This document shows, one piece after another, positions 52,621-63,897 of a DNA stretch of 64,000 nucleotides. The notes beneath the pieces were generated by a model. That model worked only from the letters and a program-made list of their open reading frames with translations. It did not search any database and was not told where the DNA came from. The stretch is from contig NC_092674.1 of the NCBI RefSeq assembly GCF_964355755.1, positions 16,368,001 to 16,432,000 on the forward strand, read 5' to 3'. Position 1 is the first letter of the stretch; each line of letters starts with the position of its first letter. The translations under genes were made by a program, and so were the position numbers. Source of the stretch: Antedon mediterranea. Taxonomy: Eukaryota > Animalia > Echinodermata.

Positions 52621-52855
52621 GTATGACTACCATTTAGGAATGACTTATAAAATACTCACGGTAGGTTAAAATTTTTTTTTTTTTTTACATTTTTTTTTAG
52701 CCAATCTGTTTCTTTTTACCCAAATAAATCAGCTATTTATATACTATGCCTGAAGTGATCTGACCATTACAGGAGATCTACATCTATCTATTATTTTAAA
52801 TGACAAGGCCATGTTTTATATTGTTTGCTTGAAGAATCATGGTCTCTCATTGTAG

Positions 52856-54745
52856 CAGCGGTGGCGCCAGGATCTTCCAGACGCGGGGGCTACATTCCCC
52901 GACGAGGGGGCTATGCGAGCTAAGCGATCACTAGGCTAGGGGCCAGGGGGCCGCCAAGGGCCCTCGGTGGGGGTCCAGTGGGCAAAGCGTTCTAGCGTCA
53001 TTTGAGGCTATTTTAATAAGATTTAGGGTAGCCACTTTTTCCATTTTTTATAATGCATAAATAAAATACTGCGTGCAAAAACACGATACGCGATGATGAC
53101 TGTTTCAATCCATATTTTTCAATTTAAAAAATAAAAGTTCAAAATATGCCTATATTTATCGGGTAAATTGTAGCTTAGAAAAATTAATATACGCGAACGT
53201 AAAACGTAGGCTACCCACAGGCGAAGAGGTGTGCCTATATTGTTTATCGCATAGGCGTATGCTGGTTGCTGTCTGGGGTGCAAAAATTGTAAATGCGTGC
53301 CTTGGGTTGATCTGTATGAACATTTTGAAAAATAGAGCTGCTAGGTCCCCGGAAGTTGCAATAAATTAAAATACTTATTAATGATACTATAAAACGAGAT
53401 TAGTCTACAAAAACAGACAACCGTGGTTGGGATGGAGCTAAGAAAATTTAGAAAAATAGAGTTGGAGGTCCCGGAATTTGGACTTATTATACTTCAAAAC
53501 AAGAAACAAAATATAGTCCCTATCATGGTTGTGACTGAGCTAAGACGTTTTTGAAAAATAGAGCCGTTAGGTCCCGGAAAATGCACTTATTGTTCTTCGA
53601 AATATGACCAGCTTTATGGTTGGGGCTGAGCTAAGAAAATGTTTAAAACTAGAGCTGCAGGTCTTCAAAAATTGCATCTTATACTATGGAAACATCGGGC
53701 CTAGAGGCTTATAAAAAGTGGGCCGTTTTGCCTTTATTTTAGAGGGTGAGGTGGGGTGCGTCCGCAAGCGTAGACCCTTTTCAGTCCGGGAAATCAGTTT
53801 ATACCTCCCAAGTGTGTGCGTGCGTACGTCCATCTGGACTTCCGAGTGGTGAGAAGTTCATTACATACAGGACATTGAAAATTTAATAACTTATAGCTAT
53901 AATAAGATGTTGGCTAAGCGAAAAAGCATGTTTTTTTGTTTAGTAATGTATGAAATGTATATTTTAAGTGCCCCACGGTACAGAGGGTTACTTGTAAATT
54001 AAAAAATTTGTGAACATATGAACAATTAACATAATTCGTTTTTGCTGTAGTGTAGCGTACGTCGACACACAGTACACGACGTAACTGTCGGTAGACTTTG
54101 CCTGGAAAGTAACTACAATACACATTTTGGTCCCTGGATGGAACATGATATCGCGCGACCCAACGTTGAACAATTCGTACAAAGGGATACCGCCAGACAA
54201 GTGCGTACCTACAGTAGCTACTGTTTAATAGCTAGATCGCTGGCAATAATGAATGCATAGTGCATAATAGCCCTCTGATGTGCTCACGGTCAATGGAACG
54301 TCGCGGTTTTCTAGGCGCTGAAGCTACAAAAGTGAACGCAAACGCTTTTTACTGTATATTATATTCCCCGACAAGAGGGGGAGGTGGGGTGCGTCCGCAA
54401 GCGTAGACCCTTTTCAGTCGGGGAAATCAGTTTATACCTCCCAAGTGTATGCGTGCGTACGTCCATCTGGACTTCCGAGTGGTGAGAAGTTCATTACATA
54501 CAGGACATTGAAAATGTAATAACTTAGCTATAATAAGATGTTGTCTAAGCAAAAAGGCAGGTTTTTTTGTTTTGTAATGTATGAAATATATATTTTAAGT
54601 GCCCCTCGGTACAGAGGGTTATTTGTAAATTAAAACATGTGTGAACATACGAACAATTAAACATAATTCGTTTTTGCTGTAGTGTATCGTACGTCGACAC
54701 ACAGTACACGGGCTAGGCTCCCCGACAAGGGGCTAGAGCCCCCTT
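52856..54745. mobile_element. hAT-like non-autonomous element with internal repeats and a ~330-bp duplication
   Basis: Starts CAGCGGTGGCGCCAGG with CCCCGACGAGGGGGCTA, echoed near 54720; 53748-54079 is duplicated at 54381-54709; right TIR unclear. Confidence 0.55.
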
Positions 54746-55708
54746 TAATAGAAGTGAGTTGCAAGGTTTGTTTGGTTCTTTGAAATATGAAAATTGGGAT
54801 AACCATAAATGAATTTTATTTCTATCCTTCTTAAATAATAATAATTATTAAGCGCACATATCCACCACCTGTAAAAAAAACAGGAAACTAATCCGTAAAC
54901 CTAAAAAAACAACAAAATCTAGACAAATCCCACATAATTGCACCTCGCTTACCAGCAATTTAAGGTGCACAAATCATCTAGGACATAAATCACAGGTGTT
55001 CTCAATTACAGTATCTAACTAAACAATAAAAACACAAAATAATATATTGCAAAACCAATGTCTTTAGTACACCTTTGAAAATGTTAGTAGCTTTGCTAGC
55101 ACTAATGGAATGTGAAGCAGTAATTTATTCCAATGACGACAAACTGCAACAGAAAAAACACTGCAGGAATGTGCAGGTCTTGGTATTACTTACTTTGAAC
55201 CCCTATTAAATGTTAAAAGCAAACATAGTTTGTCTCTGATAATTGGACATGGAATGTTGATTGCATGTTTACAAAGGCTAATTACAGACTTTATTTCCTA
55301 AAACAAATGTATAATAAATAAAGCTGGTTGTTAGTGTTTTTGCAGCATTGCCTAGCCTGTAGTTGAAAATGTTGCACAGTGAGCTACTTGTTTGACCCCA
55401 TACAAAAAGTAATTGAACAAAATAATTCAGTGGATTTTCAAAATTATTCTCCCGTGGTTTACACAGGATAAGGAACTTTAAAATTTATTACGACTGTAGG
55501 GAATATTTCAAAAAATTTAAAACCACTAATCATAATTATCCTCTACAATTTACTGGCCCAACGCAGAAATTGCATCTACCAGTGCAATGTACATAGATCA
55601 AAGAACCGGCATCTTTAATAGGTATTTCCTTGCACTAATAAATAAATAACTGTACTATCAATTGTGAGTACAAAATACACAATATCTTTTGTACTAACTT
55701 TTCTATAG

Positions 55709-55834
55709 ATTGGTGTTGCACGTGCAGTTCGGGATCAAGTGCACAAACAAGCTGAACTTGGCTGGTTACATGACAAAATTAAAAAGTATACAGAAAATAG
55801 AAACAAAGACAAAACATTTGGGCTTGTTGGCCAG
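55709..55834 (+). CDS. TUBGCP3: TUBGCP3 coding exon 10
   Basis: TACTAAC branch point at 55692; IGVARAVRDQVHKQAELGWLHDKIKKYTENRNKDKTFGLVGQ|gtaagt. Confidence 0.95.
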
Positions 55835-56163
55835 GTAAGTAAAGCAATGTATTACTTCCCAATCCTGTAGCCAGAAGGGTTTTAAAGGCCCCTTTTTAGC
55901 GACCAACCACCAAAACTAAAATCTAGATCTTGTACAGTATACAATCACAACAATGTGTACCACATTTGCCATATTCGGGGGAAATGGTTCAATTTGTTTT
56001 AATTGTCTATAACTATTTATATGTAGACAGGGTATAGACCATTTTGGTAAACATACACCTTTTTGACGGCATTTTAACAATTTAAAAAACATTTTTAAGG
56101 TAAATTTATTTGCTTTTTTTTTATTATCTATATGACAATTAACTGTTGAAAATTTTATGACAG

Positions 56164-56232
56164 AGTTTTATTGCTGCTTTACAAGAAGAACTTACAGAGT
56201 ACTATAGACTGTTATCAGTTTTGCAGGCACAG
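56164..56232 (+). CDS. TUBGCP3: TUBGCP3 coding exon 11
   Basis: cag|SFIAALQEELTEYYRLLSVLQAQ|gttaga. Confidence 0.95.
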
Positions 56233-56690
56233 GTTAGAGCATTCAATTTTATTAGGTGATTTATTGGTTTGGTATTTGGTAGTGGGGTGTTGTTTCCGAG
56301 CGTAATGCATTCTCAGGCGTATTATTCCACAAGACGTACACAGACTGTGCTAATTAATTCCACATTTTATTTCTTGTAACACAGTATTAATACAATACAA
56401 CTTTCTATCAGACTAAACCTTTCTTCTGTACTCTATACTTCTTTCTACTGTGATATTATTTTCTCTTCCTCCCAAATTCCCAATATCTATAACATTTTAC
56501 TATTTATACTCAACATGCAAATTAGGGGCTCCAGAGTAAGATAAAATGTTCCCTCCAAAAATGTCTTCCTACCAAATTGATAAAATGATTGGGTTATAAA
56601 TTAGCAGACCTAGTCTAAACCATCCTTTATCTAACCACAGGAAAGCACAAACATAATATTATAACAGTGATAATTTAGAATGATCACCTA

Positions 56691-57433
56691 GGGCCTGTTT
56701 CTGCTGCAACTGCTCAAAATACGGTATAAAATACGGTATTTTTCATACCGTATTTTTTAATACCCCGTTTCTGCTAAAAATACTTCTTGGGTGGTCGTGT
56801 TAAAATTCATCCTTTTTACCCAAATTGCCATTCATTTATTAAGTCGCAATAAAGGAAGTTTTACGCCTCACTTTCAACAGCCTAGCCCTAGTGATAGAGA
56901 TGTTGTGAGAGCACAGCTATGGCCCGATCTCCCAATATCCGGGCCAAAACATCGTAATGGGGACAAGTAATTTGTTCCCTCCACGAGTGATTGTCTTTTG
57001 CAATGTTGTACTGCTTTCACAGGCTTTTCAGCTTTGAGTTTACTTGCTTTATTTTTTTAGAAATGTCTTTATAAATATGGTAATTGTCCCTTTTATTACC
57101 TTTTAGTTGGCCTGACATTGTAGCTTTCCCTCACCCTCTCCCCACACAGATTTATATAGTAACCGTAACAACTTCGCCCTACATTTTCGCCAAATATATC
57201 TATACACGTGTTTAAAACAGCTGACGGCGACAGAAAATAAATACATGATGTTGACCTCATGTCGCTGGTCAAAAAAAATACAGTATTTTTTATTGGCAGC
57301 AGAAAAGGGTACAAAAAATACCATATTTTATCCACAAATTTTGTGGGGAAAATACGGTATACAAAATACGATAATTTTTTTATGAGCGCAGTTTCTGCTG
57401 TATACGGTATAAATACGGTATTAAAAAAATACA
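56691..57433. mobile_element. Second copy (right TIR lost) of the 3516-4212 MITE, with ~130 bp extra internal sequence
   Basis: Colinear with 3516-4190; extra segment ~56903-57030. Confidence 0.8.
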
Positions 57434-57736
57434 GATTTGTTTGTACCGATTATCTAAAAAATCTCAATGATTTTCAATTTTTACAATATTATCTGTATCA
57501 TAATCAAACTTAGCCATGATAAGCTTTTCAGTGTGATCACTCTACCGTCATCAGGCCGCCAATTTGTGAATTCACCATAATATCAATCATATTTTCACAA
57601 CTGATTTTCAGATATCAATTCAATTTACTACACATAAACTTCAGGTCAAGGGTCAACATATAAGCACAAAAAAACAAATGCATATGCAGAAACTTTGCAG
57701 GAAATTTTTGAAATGCTCAAAATCAATTTCTAATAA

Positions 57737-57966
57737 ATATTCTCATTCATCCAGGTAGTATTAATATTCTCATTCATCCAGGTAGTATTAATATTCTCAT
57801 TCATCCAGGTAGTATTAATATTCTCATTCATCCAGGTAGTATTAATATTCTCATTCATCCAGGTAGTATTAATATTCTCATTCATCCAGGTAGTATTAAT
57901 ATTAGAAATTCATCCAGGTAGTATTAATATTAGAAATTCATCCAGGTAGTATTAATATTAGAAATT
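57737..57966. repeat. 27/28-bp minisatellite (ATATTCTCATTCATCCAGGTAGTATTA), 8 units
   Basis: Six identical 27-mers, then two 28-bp variants. Confidence 0.95.
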
Positions 57967-59071
57967 TAAATGTATCTACATGATAAATTCCCATTAACAA
58001 CACACATCACATGAAAGTTAAATAATCGTACACCCTGCAATAGGAAATGTAATCCAAGTTTGTGTTAAAAAGATACCTATTTTGAATCTCTTATAGCTCA
58101 TCACAATCAACGGTGACCCCTAATTTTTTTAATTTATTATGGAAGCCAATGAGTTCTAGATATGATTTAATGTACACATTTGACGTACAAAATGTTATGA
58201 CGTCATCATATGGTCACATTTCTTTTGTCATAAATAATCACATTCAATAGAGCGCTCGCTTATAATGTGCCCGATTGTCTTTCAAATTTTAATATGTACT
58301 TGAAACCATTTGTCTTTATCATAACTTGCCACCATTTTCATTTTGATGACGTCATCCCACCTAAAAAATTAAATACCGTATATTTGAATATCTTACAGCT
58401 TGATGTTTAAAATATGAAATTTAGATATGAATTCATATATAAATTGCGCACATTTTAGTTGAAAAAGATACAAAATGTTGGCAAATTGCCTATTTTTAAT
58501 CTATTACAGTTCCTCAGGAACTAAGGTGACCCCCAATTTTTTAAACTTATTATGCCAGCGGATATGTTGTAGACATGAATTCATGAAAAATGATGTTTTG
58601 ACGTCGTCATATGGCCACGCGAATGGAAAAAATTGGATTTTTTTCTCTTTCTTTATAGCTTATCACTAATGACAAATGAATTGAATTAAATATATTGTAG
58701 AATTTACTATATTAAAGGACAACTTCATGGGTAACCATAGTTTTTTGCAAGATTTATAATTTTACCATGCTGTCACCTTGAATTGGCTGTCAGGTTGCCA
58801 ATGCATCGGAAATCTAACTGTGTTTACTGTTGTTAAGTATATAATTGCTAATTTGTCCTGTATGCAGGCTTAAATTAGCCAATTTTCAATCAATATTTGA
58901 AGGAACAGTTATAATAATCAAACAGACAAAAGAAAGGGAAAAATAATTTTAATTTTTATGATTTATTTTAAATTGTGTTACTAGAAATTCAAGCTTTTAA
59001 AAATTCCTTTAGTAATGTTTGGCATTGATATCTTCAGAGTAATTTAATATCTTGTGTTATGTTTTATGAAG

Positions 59072-59204
59072 CTTAAACAAGAAGATGATGAAGGGATGCA
59101 AAGTGACCCCAGATGCTCTTTGACTCTACTTAGACTTTCTGTATGGGTTCTTGATCCCAAGCAAAGACTGAAATGGCTAGCCCAACTAGTAGACTACTGT
59201 AAAG
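59072..59204 (+). CDS. TUBGCP3: TUBGCP3 coding exon 12
   Basis: aag|LKQEDDEGMQSDPRCSLTLLRLSVWVLDPKQRLKWLAQLVDYCK|gtaaag. Confidence 0.93.
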
Positions 59205-59673
59205 GTAAAGATTTTAATCCATGTTAAATTACTTCAGAAAGCTTCATATCATTCTTGTCTAAGATGGTTAACCCAAATGTCTGAGTGTATATTATTATAA
59301 CACACATTTGCAATTTGATTGATTAATTATGCATCCTGTGTCATTCGGCATTAGCCCTACCTAATAGAAAAGGTGATACTTAACATGCTTTAATGCATGT
59401 TCAGCTTTTAGTAAACATTTTGGGAATTTTTGCCATGCGATGTTGTTGACATTTTGAAATCAGCCTATAGTGCACGCTGTCTATTATAATTGTTCTACTT
59501 TGTGTCGAAAGTTTAAAAGAGCACTGCCTAGCTTCCAGGCCTATTATTTGTTAATAATTTACGATGGATAAATTGAATAGATGTGTTATAAAACATATAT
59601 TTTTAGACTTTTATCATTAAAACTAAATCTTGCACTGTATTTTTGACAGTCTCTTGCTTAATGTTTTATTTAG

Positions 59674-59840
59674 ATAAAAAAGGAGGAGCATTATCCTCAG
59701 CCATTCATTCATATGCAATGCATGGTGACCCAGATGTACATGGACTAATGCAACATGTATTGAAACTAGCTGCATACCCAATACAACATTTTATTGATAA
59801 ATGGATTTATGATGGACAATTAGAAGATCGATGTCATGAG
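59674..59840 (+). CDS. TUBGCP3: TUBGCP3 coding exon 13 (gene continues beyond window)
   Basis: tag|(D)KKGGALSSAIHSYAMHGDPDVHGLMQHVLKLAAYPIQHFIDKWIYDGQLEDRCHE|gttag. Confidence 0.95.
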
Positions 59841-61007
59841 GTTAGTTGTTTTTATCGTTAAAAGATATGTACAAACATACAAATGTGGTCTTTAAATAAT
59901 CAGGTTTTTTTTTATTTAAGAGATAATTGAGTCAAAGTTGTCAAATGGCAGCCATTTTTATTTTATGCAAATTAGGTCATTTATAATGACCAGATTGGGT
60001 AGATTTTGGATACAGTACAGCTAATAATTACTGCTTCGTTCCCACGTGTAACCTTTCGTAGCCCACGCGTGGGGCATTGTTGAACCTACGATGTATTGTC
60101 TTTTGATCGCGATCCTATGCGCTCCCACGGAGGCCATTGTTTTTTGATCGCGATTCTAGGAGAGGTATTGTTCTTTGATCGCATTCCCACGCGCTCCCAC
60201 GAGCTCCCACGAAAGGCATTATATTTTGCTTGTGATTCTACGAAACGAATTGTTTCTTGATTGCGTTTCCACGCGCTCCCACGAACGTGTTTTTGGGGTG
60301 AAGATTCTATTGTGTGTGTCATGGTGTAGATGGCTAGGCGAGGAGATCTGTATACAACATACTGTACGTACAGTATACCTTTATGTAGCCTACGGACGAT
60401 CAGGCATTAACCTCGCGTCGTATAGCCGTTTGTTTTTTAAATGAGCAAATGAGTATATTTTAACGTAGTTGCAATTAAAAATGACGGGAATTAGGCTACA
60501 AATACAGATAATACAGATGATAAATAATTATAGGCCTAGACCTATTCCCATGTAGACTTTGTAGTTGTGAACTTTGTCCTATTACTTCTTAGGAGGTTGA
60601 CACTGACATTTGTATCATGGCTGGTGTTTCTAAATGATTCGTTTCGTTTATTTATTTGACCAGAATAATATCAATATAATAACATACAAAACACCAAATG
60701 GGTAAAATTCGGGGAAATTTTTTAAACAAAAAATAAACTGAAAAATTAATGTAATGCATGTTTTAAAAAGTCAATCATGATTTTCCTCGATAAGCGTACA
60801 GTATAATTGTTACGTTTACGCCAAATATGTAAGGGTAAATCAATGTGTATTATTAGTCATTACAGTCATTCTTAATATGTATTGAAATTTAAATTATCTA
60901 TTGAAATGCGGGGTACAATCATGTTAGTTAACTCCCTAATAATGCACTGTAATTGCTGTCATTTATCATTTCTGGTCAGTAGTAAGCATACGTTCATTCC
61001 ATTTATA

Positions 61008-61345
61008 ATGTCAAAAACGCCATCTCATATCCGATCAAGGATCGTTCGTTACCATCATATGGGGTACAAACTAACAAAGATATTGTAAATCCTACACACT
61101 GAAGGTTATGACGTTCATAAATCGATAATATCAAGAATTATAAAGCGATTTAATAATTTTAAACAAATTAGTGACCGTCCACGATTCGATTTCATAAGCC
61201 ACGTACAAAAGATGAACTGATTTGTGGTATCAAAACGTTTTGGACAACTAACATGACTCCAGAATTATGTCAAACTTATATTAGCCACTTGAGAAAGGTT
61301 ATCCTGGCCGTTATTAGAAGAGAAGGCAAAGCAACCGGATATTGA
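61008..61345 (+). pseudogene. Internally deleted Tc1/IS630-type transposase
   Basis: HTH N-terminus MSKTPSHIRSRIVRYHHMGYKLTKIL*ILHTEGYDVHKSIISRIIKRFNNFKQISDRPR fused at ~61185-61195 to C-terminus KPRTKDELICGIKTFW..TPELCQTYISHLRKVILAVIRREGKATGY*; DDE core absent. Confidence 0.8.
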
Positions 61346-62065
61346 AGTGTATTCATCGCAAACCAAACAGCCCTTTTCAGGGCTACAAAAATACGAAAGA
61401 AATTTGATAGCATTTACTTGGTCTATTTTTTTTTATTACCACATTACTTATACCCTATATATGTTTTATTTTAAATCTCTTTATCGACACCTTTACGTAC
61501 TGTACATTGTAAGCACAAACCCCAGAAGAACAAATAACAATAGCGGTACTATTATGATAATAATACCTTTTCTTTTTGTAACAATACATAATACAAAGCG
61601 ACGTTTAAAACAATGATAGGCGCAACTGTAATGAAATGAGTCATACTGTTAAATGAAGCTCTTTTTTATCTTTATTATTATTTTCTGTTAGTTAGCAAAA
61701 AATCATTAAATTATAAATACTAAACACTGATGTAAAAGTAATAAACGTTTTGATTTATTAACATTAACGACATACAAAAATATAACATTAATTTATAAAT
61801 ACAGTAAAAGACTAAATTAAAGACAATTTGTAAACGTTTAAATACTAAATAAAATAATTAAACATTATTATACTTAACATTTTAAATGTACTTAATCTTT
61901 AGTTAAATTTTCTAGTGAAGAGAGAGTCTCTTTAAATCGCGTTTTAACATTAATTTATTAACTAAGTAAAAGAAAATATTTAACAATAAAATACTAAATA
62001 AAATTCGGACAATTTGTAAACATTTAAATACTAAATTAAAAAATTAAACATTATTACACTTAAAT

Positions 62066-62869
62066 TTACTTATCTAGTGAAGAGAGTCTCTTTAAATCGC
62101 GTTTTCTGTTTCGTCTAGCAGCATCGAATGAAATTTCACAGGATCTCCATACCTTCTGTTCTAATCCTTTCGCGACTGGAGAATACTTGAAAGTTTGTTG
62201 TCGTACGATATCCATTCGTTCCACGTCCAGTTGTTCTGCATCCCGAGTACCGCTTACGTTGCATCGTAGTCGTTCTTCTTCGGTGAAATAATATCCAAGC
62301 AAATGTTTCGATACTTTCTTCGTGTCTTCGTGGTCGCGTAGAAGTTTTAGAATCAGGTTACGTGGTAGGTCATCTTCTGAGTTTAGTCGTCTTGGTGGGT
62401 GTACGCTGGGTCTTGATGGAGTAGCGGTTGGTGGTGGTGGAGGAGTTTGAATGATTGGTTGTGCTGTCGTCGAAGGTAACCATGGTTGGTGTATCTGCCG
62501 TTGCTGTGGTTCAGGTCGTGATTCAATTGATGATAGTCTTTGGTGAATGGCAAGTAAGTCGGCTGATTGACGGTCAAGTTGGCGTTGTTGGGTAGCTACT
62601 GTGTTGGTCAGAGTTAGATTCGCTGCCTCCAGTTCATGAACCCGATCATTCAACGTGGCTATGGTGATGGCATCAGTGTTCGAGTCGTCGCTGTCCCTCC
62701 ATGCAGTGGCTGATAAAGTGATGTCTTTTCCTGTGTCCTGTTCATATCTGGCTATCATCGTACTCATTTGGTCATCAGCGGTGTTTAAAGGGCACGCGTC
62801 ATATTGCCAATCATCTCCAACGTCGTCAGTCCTTACAACGTCAGTAACAATTTCACGAACACATGCAGC
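62066..62869 (-). CDS. BEN-domain protein, exon 3 (coiled coil, Pro-rich linker, C-terminal BEN domain)
   Basis: ttctttacag acceptor; 268 open codons; LLGYYFTEEERLRCNVSG..QLDVERMDIVRQ..P..E..WRSCEISFDAARR fits the BEN pattern; heptads LNDRVHELEAANLTLTNTV. Confidence 0.8.
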   Translation of the reverse strand, partial: AACVREIVTDVVRTDDVGDDWQYDACPLNTADDQMSTMIARYEQDTGKDITLSATAWRDSDDSNTDAITIATLNDRVHELEAANLTLTNTVATQQRQLDRQSADLLAIHQRLSSIESRPEPQQRQIHQPWLPSTTAQPIIQTPPPPPTATPSRPSVHPPRRLNSEDDLPRNLILKLLRDHEDTKKVSKHLLGYYFTEEERLRCNVSGTRDAEQLDVERMDIVRQQTFKYSPVAKGLEQKVWRSCEISFDAARRNRKRDLKRLSSLDK

Positions 62870-63153
62870 CTGTAAAGAAAAGAAAATAATACATAGAACA
62901 TTATAAAACAAAAACCAATAATGTAAATTAGCGCGCAAGCGTAAGATGAATTTTACGATGAATTGTGGAAAACCACATGTGGATGCAATAAACAATGTGA
63001 TTAATTCTAGTAATTACTGTCAACAAATAGTGGTGGGTCTATGGAAGAAAGCTAAATCTGTATGTAATATAATATCAAATAAGGGAAATAAAACAACTTT
63101 TTAAATTATGGGAATAACATTTAAAAAATGAGTTTTAAAATGTTTAACTTAAC

Positions 63154-63339
63154 TGGTTTCTCAACATTAACAGTCTTCCTCTTCTTTGGTTTCGTTCCAT
63201 AATCATGTTGTTTCTTTCCATCATCTCTATCATCATTCACCACGGCATCATCAGTGTCATCATCATCATCGTTGTCGCTCTGAACCAATTCTCCAGCGAT
63301 GCTTTCGTATTTGACCGTCACGCCAATCGAAGTATTAAT
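63154..63339 (-). CDS. BEN-domain protein, exon 2 (acidic tract + basic NLS-like motif)
   Basis: ttctttttag|INTSIGVTVKYESI..DNDDDDDTDD..KPKKRKTVNVEKP|gttaag; 62 codons, phase 0-0. Confidence 0.7.
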
Positions 63340-63601
63340 CTAAAAAGAAGTAAAAACAACAAAATTTAACAAACATATCAAAATAGTGGAAATGTATACC
63401 ATAAAAAAAAATCATTGAAAACAACAGGAAATTATATTAATTTATTTATTGATGTGTCAGTCGCCACAAACTATGGAATATTACATGTAGTTTGTAAATG
63501 TTAAAATTAAAATGTAAGGACAAAATTAAAATGCTTGTCCGTTTCAAAAATGGATAATCAATTAAATAACAAGAAAGTAAATAACAAGAATAACATCTTA
63601 C

Positions 63602-63897
63602 CTCACAAAGAAACGGATTGTTGTTTTCGACAACTAATGGCGGTGATAATTCTCCACTTGGGATGGTTTTACTAAATTTATCTCCACGTTGCAGTGTTCT
63701 TAAAGTTACGTGCGCTGCAGATATGATTCGTCTGCGTAATGCGTAACAAAATCGCTCGCTACCCATGATGAGTTACTGTATCCAGCCCACTGTATCAGTA
63801 TTCGCCTTCTGTCTATTTTTTAAATTTTTCCCGTTAGCCAAATCCCGCATTCCTTATCGATGGCCTGGATGCTGCTCCCAATTTTAAACGTCGACAT
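63602..63897 (-). pseudogene. BEN-domain protein, exon 1 (Tudor/chromo-barrel-like), disrupted by a stop and a frameshift
   Basis: aaaATG; MSTFKIGSSIQAIDKECGIWLTGKI*KIDRRRILIQWAGYSNSSWVASD / ..LRTLQRGDKF..VVENNNPFLCE|gtaaga; 296 nt, one short of an intact frame. Confidence 0.65.

Noticed and set aside
56288-56666. Possible second solo LTR (TGTTG...TAACA)
   Set aside because: No clear TSD and no second copy in the window
62870-62995. Hydrophobic N-terminus (signal/TM) of the 309-aa ORF
   Set aside because: Intronic read-through upstream of the acceptor at 62870
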